From the IMG/VR virus record IMGVR_UViG_3300002835_015924: DNA of 64,000 nucleotides; one strand, given 5' to 3'. A program made the translations under genes and the position numbers. This stretch comes from an uncultured virus (IMG/VR IMGVR_UViG_3300002835_015924) (taxonomy: Duplodnaviria > Heunggongvirae > Uroviricota > Caudoviricetes). Numbering within the stretch: the stretch's first letter is position 1; each line of letters begins with the position of its first letter. This document shows, in pieces, positions 63,315 to 64,000 of this stretch. The notes beneath the pieces were generated by a model, which was not told where the DNA came from, did no database searches, and saw only the letters and a program-made list of their open reading frames with translations.

Positions 63315-63994
63315 AATGTTAGCCCCGCTTTTTTAGCATCATTCAAGAATTGCTCGGATGACAATTTTGCTATGTCATATCCAGTGTAATCAAACCAATT
63401 AAATTTAGCAATATATGATGTGGGCACTGTAATTATATCACAACCGCAATCTGCAGCTTGTTTGATATTATAAAGCTCTCTCATCGAAGCCCATAGCACT
63501 TGTGACTTTGGAAAGAATTTTTTCACTTTTTGACAAACCACCATAGCATCATTTAGTGTATCCAGAATTCTTCCAGCAAAAACTGAAATAATAAGATTTT
63601 CGGAATCAACTAGACGTGTAAGCTGTAAATGTTCACCCACACATGTGAGATTAATTTTTACATTTTCGGAAATAAGTTTGTTAACTAATGCAATATTGCT
63701 ACTACCATCAGGGTTCAAGACAGGAATTTTTACATAAACATTTTCTCCCATACTAGAAAGTAATGTGGCTTGTCGATGCATCTCTTCTTGGTCATCACTT
63801 ACTACCTCAAAAGATAGTGGCGCAGTGGGAATTAGTTTCAAGATTTCTTGGATTGTTTCAATGTAGGATTTATCTCCAATTTCTTTAGCAATCAAGCTAG
63901 GATTAGTGGTGAAACCACAAAATCTTTCGTCGTTGGCGAATTTTCGAAGTTCATCAAGGTTTCCAGTATCACAGTAAAGCTTGATTTCAGGCAA
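63311..63994 (-). CDS. Transaldolase family protein (LmbR-like); 5' end may extend past the window
   Basis: GFTTNPSL, SFEV, NVYVKIP (Schiff-base Lys), SVFAGRI.D, LWASMRE; frame is open to the window edge. Confidence 0.9.
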   Translation of the reverse strand: MPEIKLYCDTGNLDELRKFANDERFCGFTTNPSLIAKEIGDKSYIETIQEILKLIPTAPLSFEVVSDDQEEMHRQATLLSSMGENVYVKIPVLNPDGSSNIALVNKLISENVKINLTCVGEHLQLTRLVDSENLIISVFAGRILDTLNDAMVVCQKVKKFFPKSQVLWASMRELYNIKQAADCGCDIITVPTSYIAKFNWFDYTGYDIAKLSSEQFLNDAKKAGLTL

Positions 63995-64000
63995 TTTGCT

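Noticed and set aside
47670..63994. Sugar cluster as host chromosomal LPS/capsule locus next to a prophage
   Set aside because: No wzx/wzy/ABC export genes, integrase or att-like junction were seen; the same upstream motif and composition run through the phage-like part; strand switching is frequent.

Overview
AT-rich, gene-dense 64 kb segment that reads as part of a large (jumbo-type) dsDNA bacteriophage genome using the standard genetic code. No rRNA, tRNA or CRISPR array was seen. 1-12.4 kb: putative virion/ejection proteins, an ADP-ribosyltransferase-like protein, PIN-PhoH, a J-domain protein, ClpX and a macrodomain protein. 12.5-37.7 kb: a tail-fibre module with three giant repeat-built fibres (3134, 2150, 1779 aa) that share DNA patches, a LamG-like lectin and a Hint-domain protein. 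37.7-47.7 kb: DUF1257/DUF2997, GroEL interrupted by a Pro-start class 3 LAGLIDADG intein in its GDGTT motif, SpeD and ClpS. 47.7-64 kb: an 18-gene nucleotide-sugar/glycosyltransferase cluster whose enzyme families match the lincosamide (GDP-octose/amino-octose) pathway, which is the best candidate for an undescribed system. Two promoter-like motifs can be read from the DNA. GTA(T/C)AA-N6-8-ATG sits in front of 17 metabolic/chaperone genes and implies leaderless mRNAs; it also corrects many starts in the ORF track. AGG-N17-19-(A/T)RAAT sits in front of virion genes. All protein family calls come from motif recognition by eye, not from database searches.
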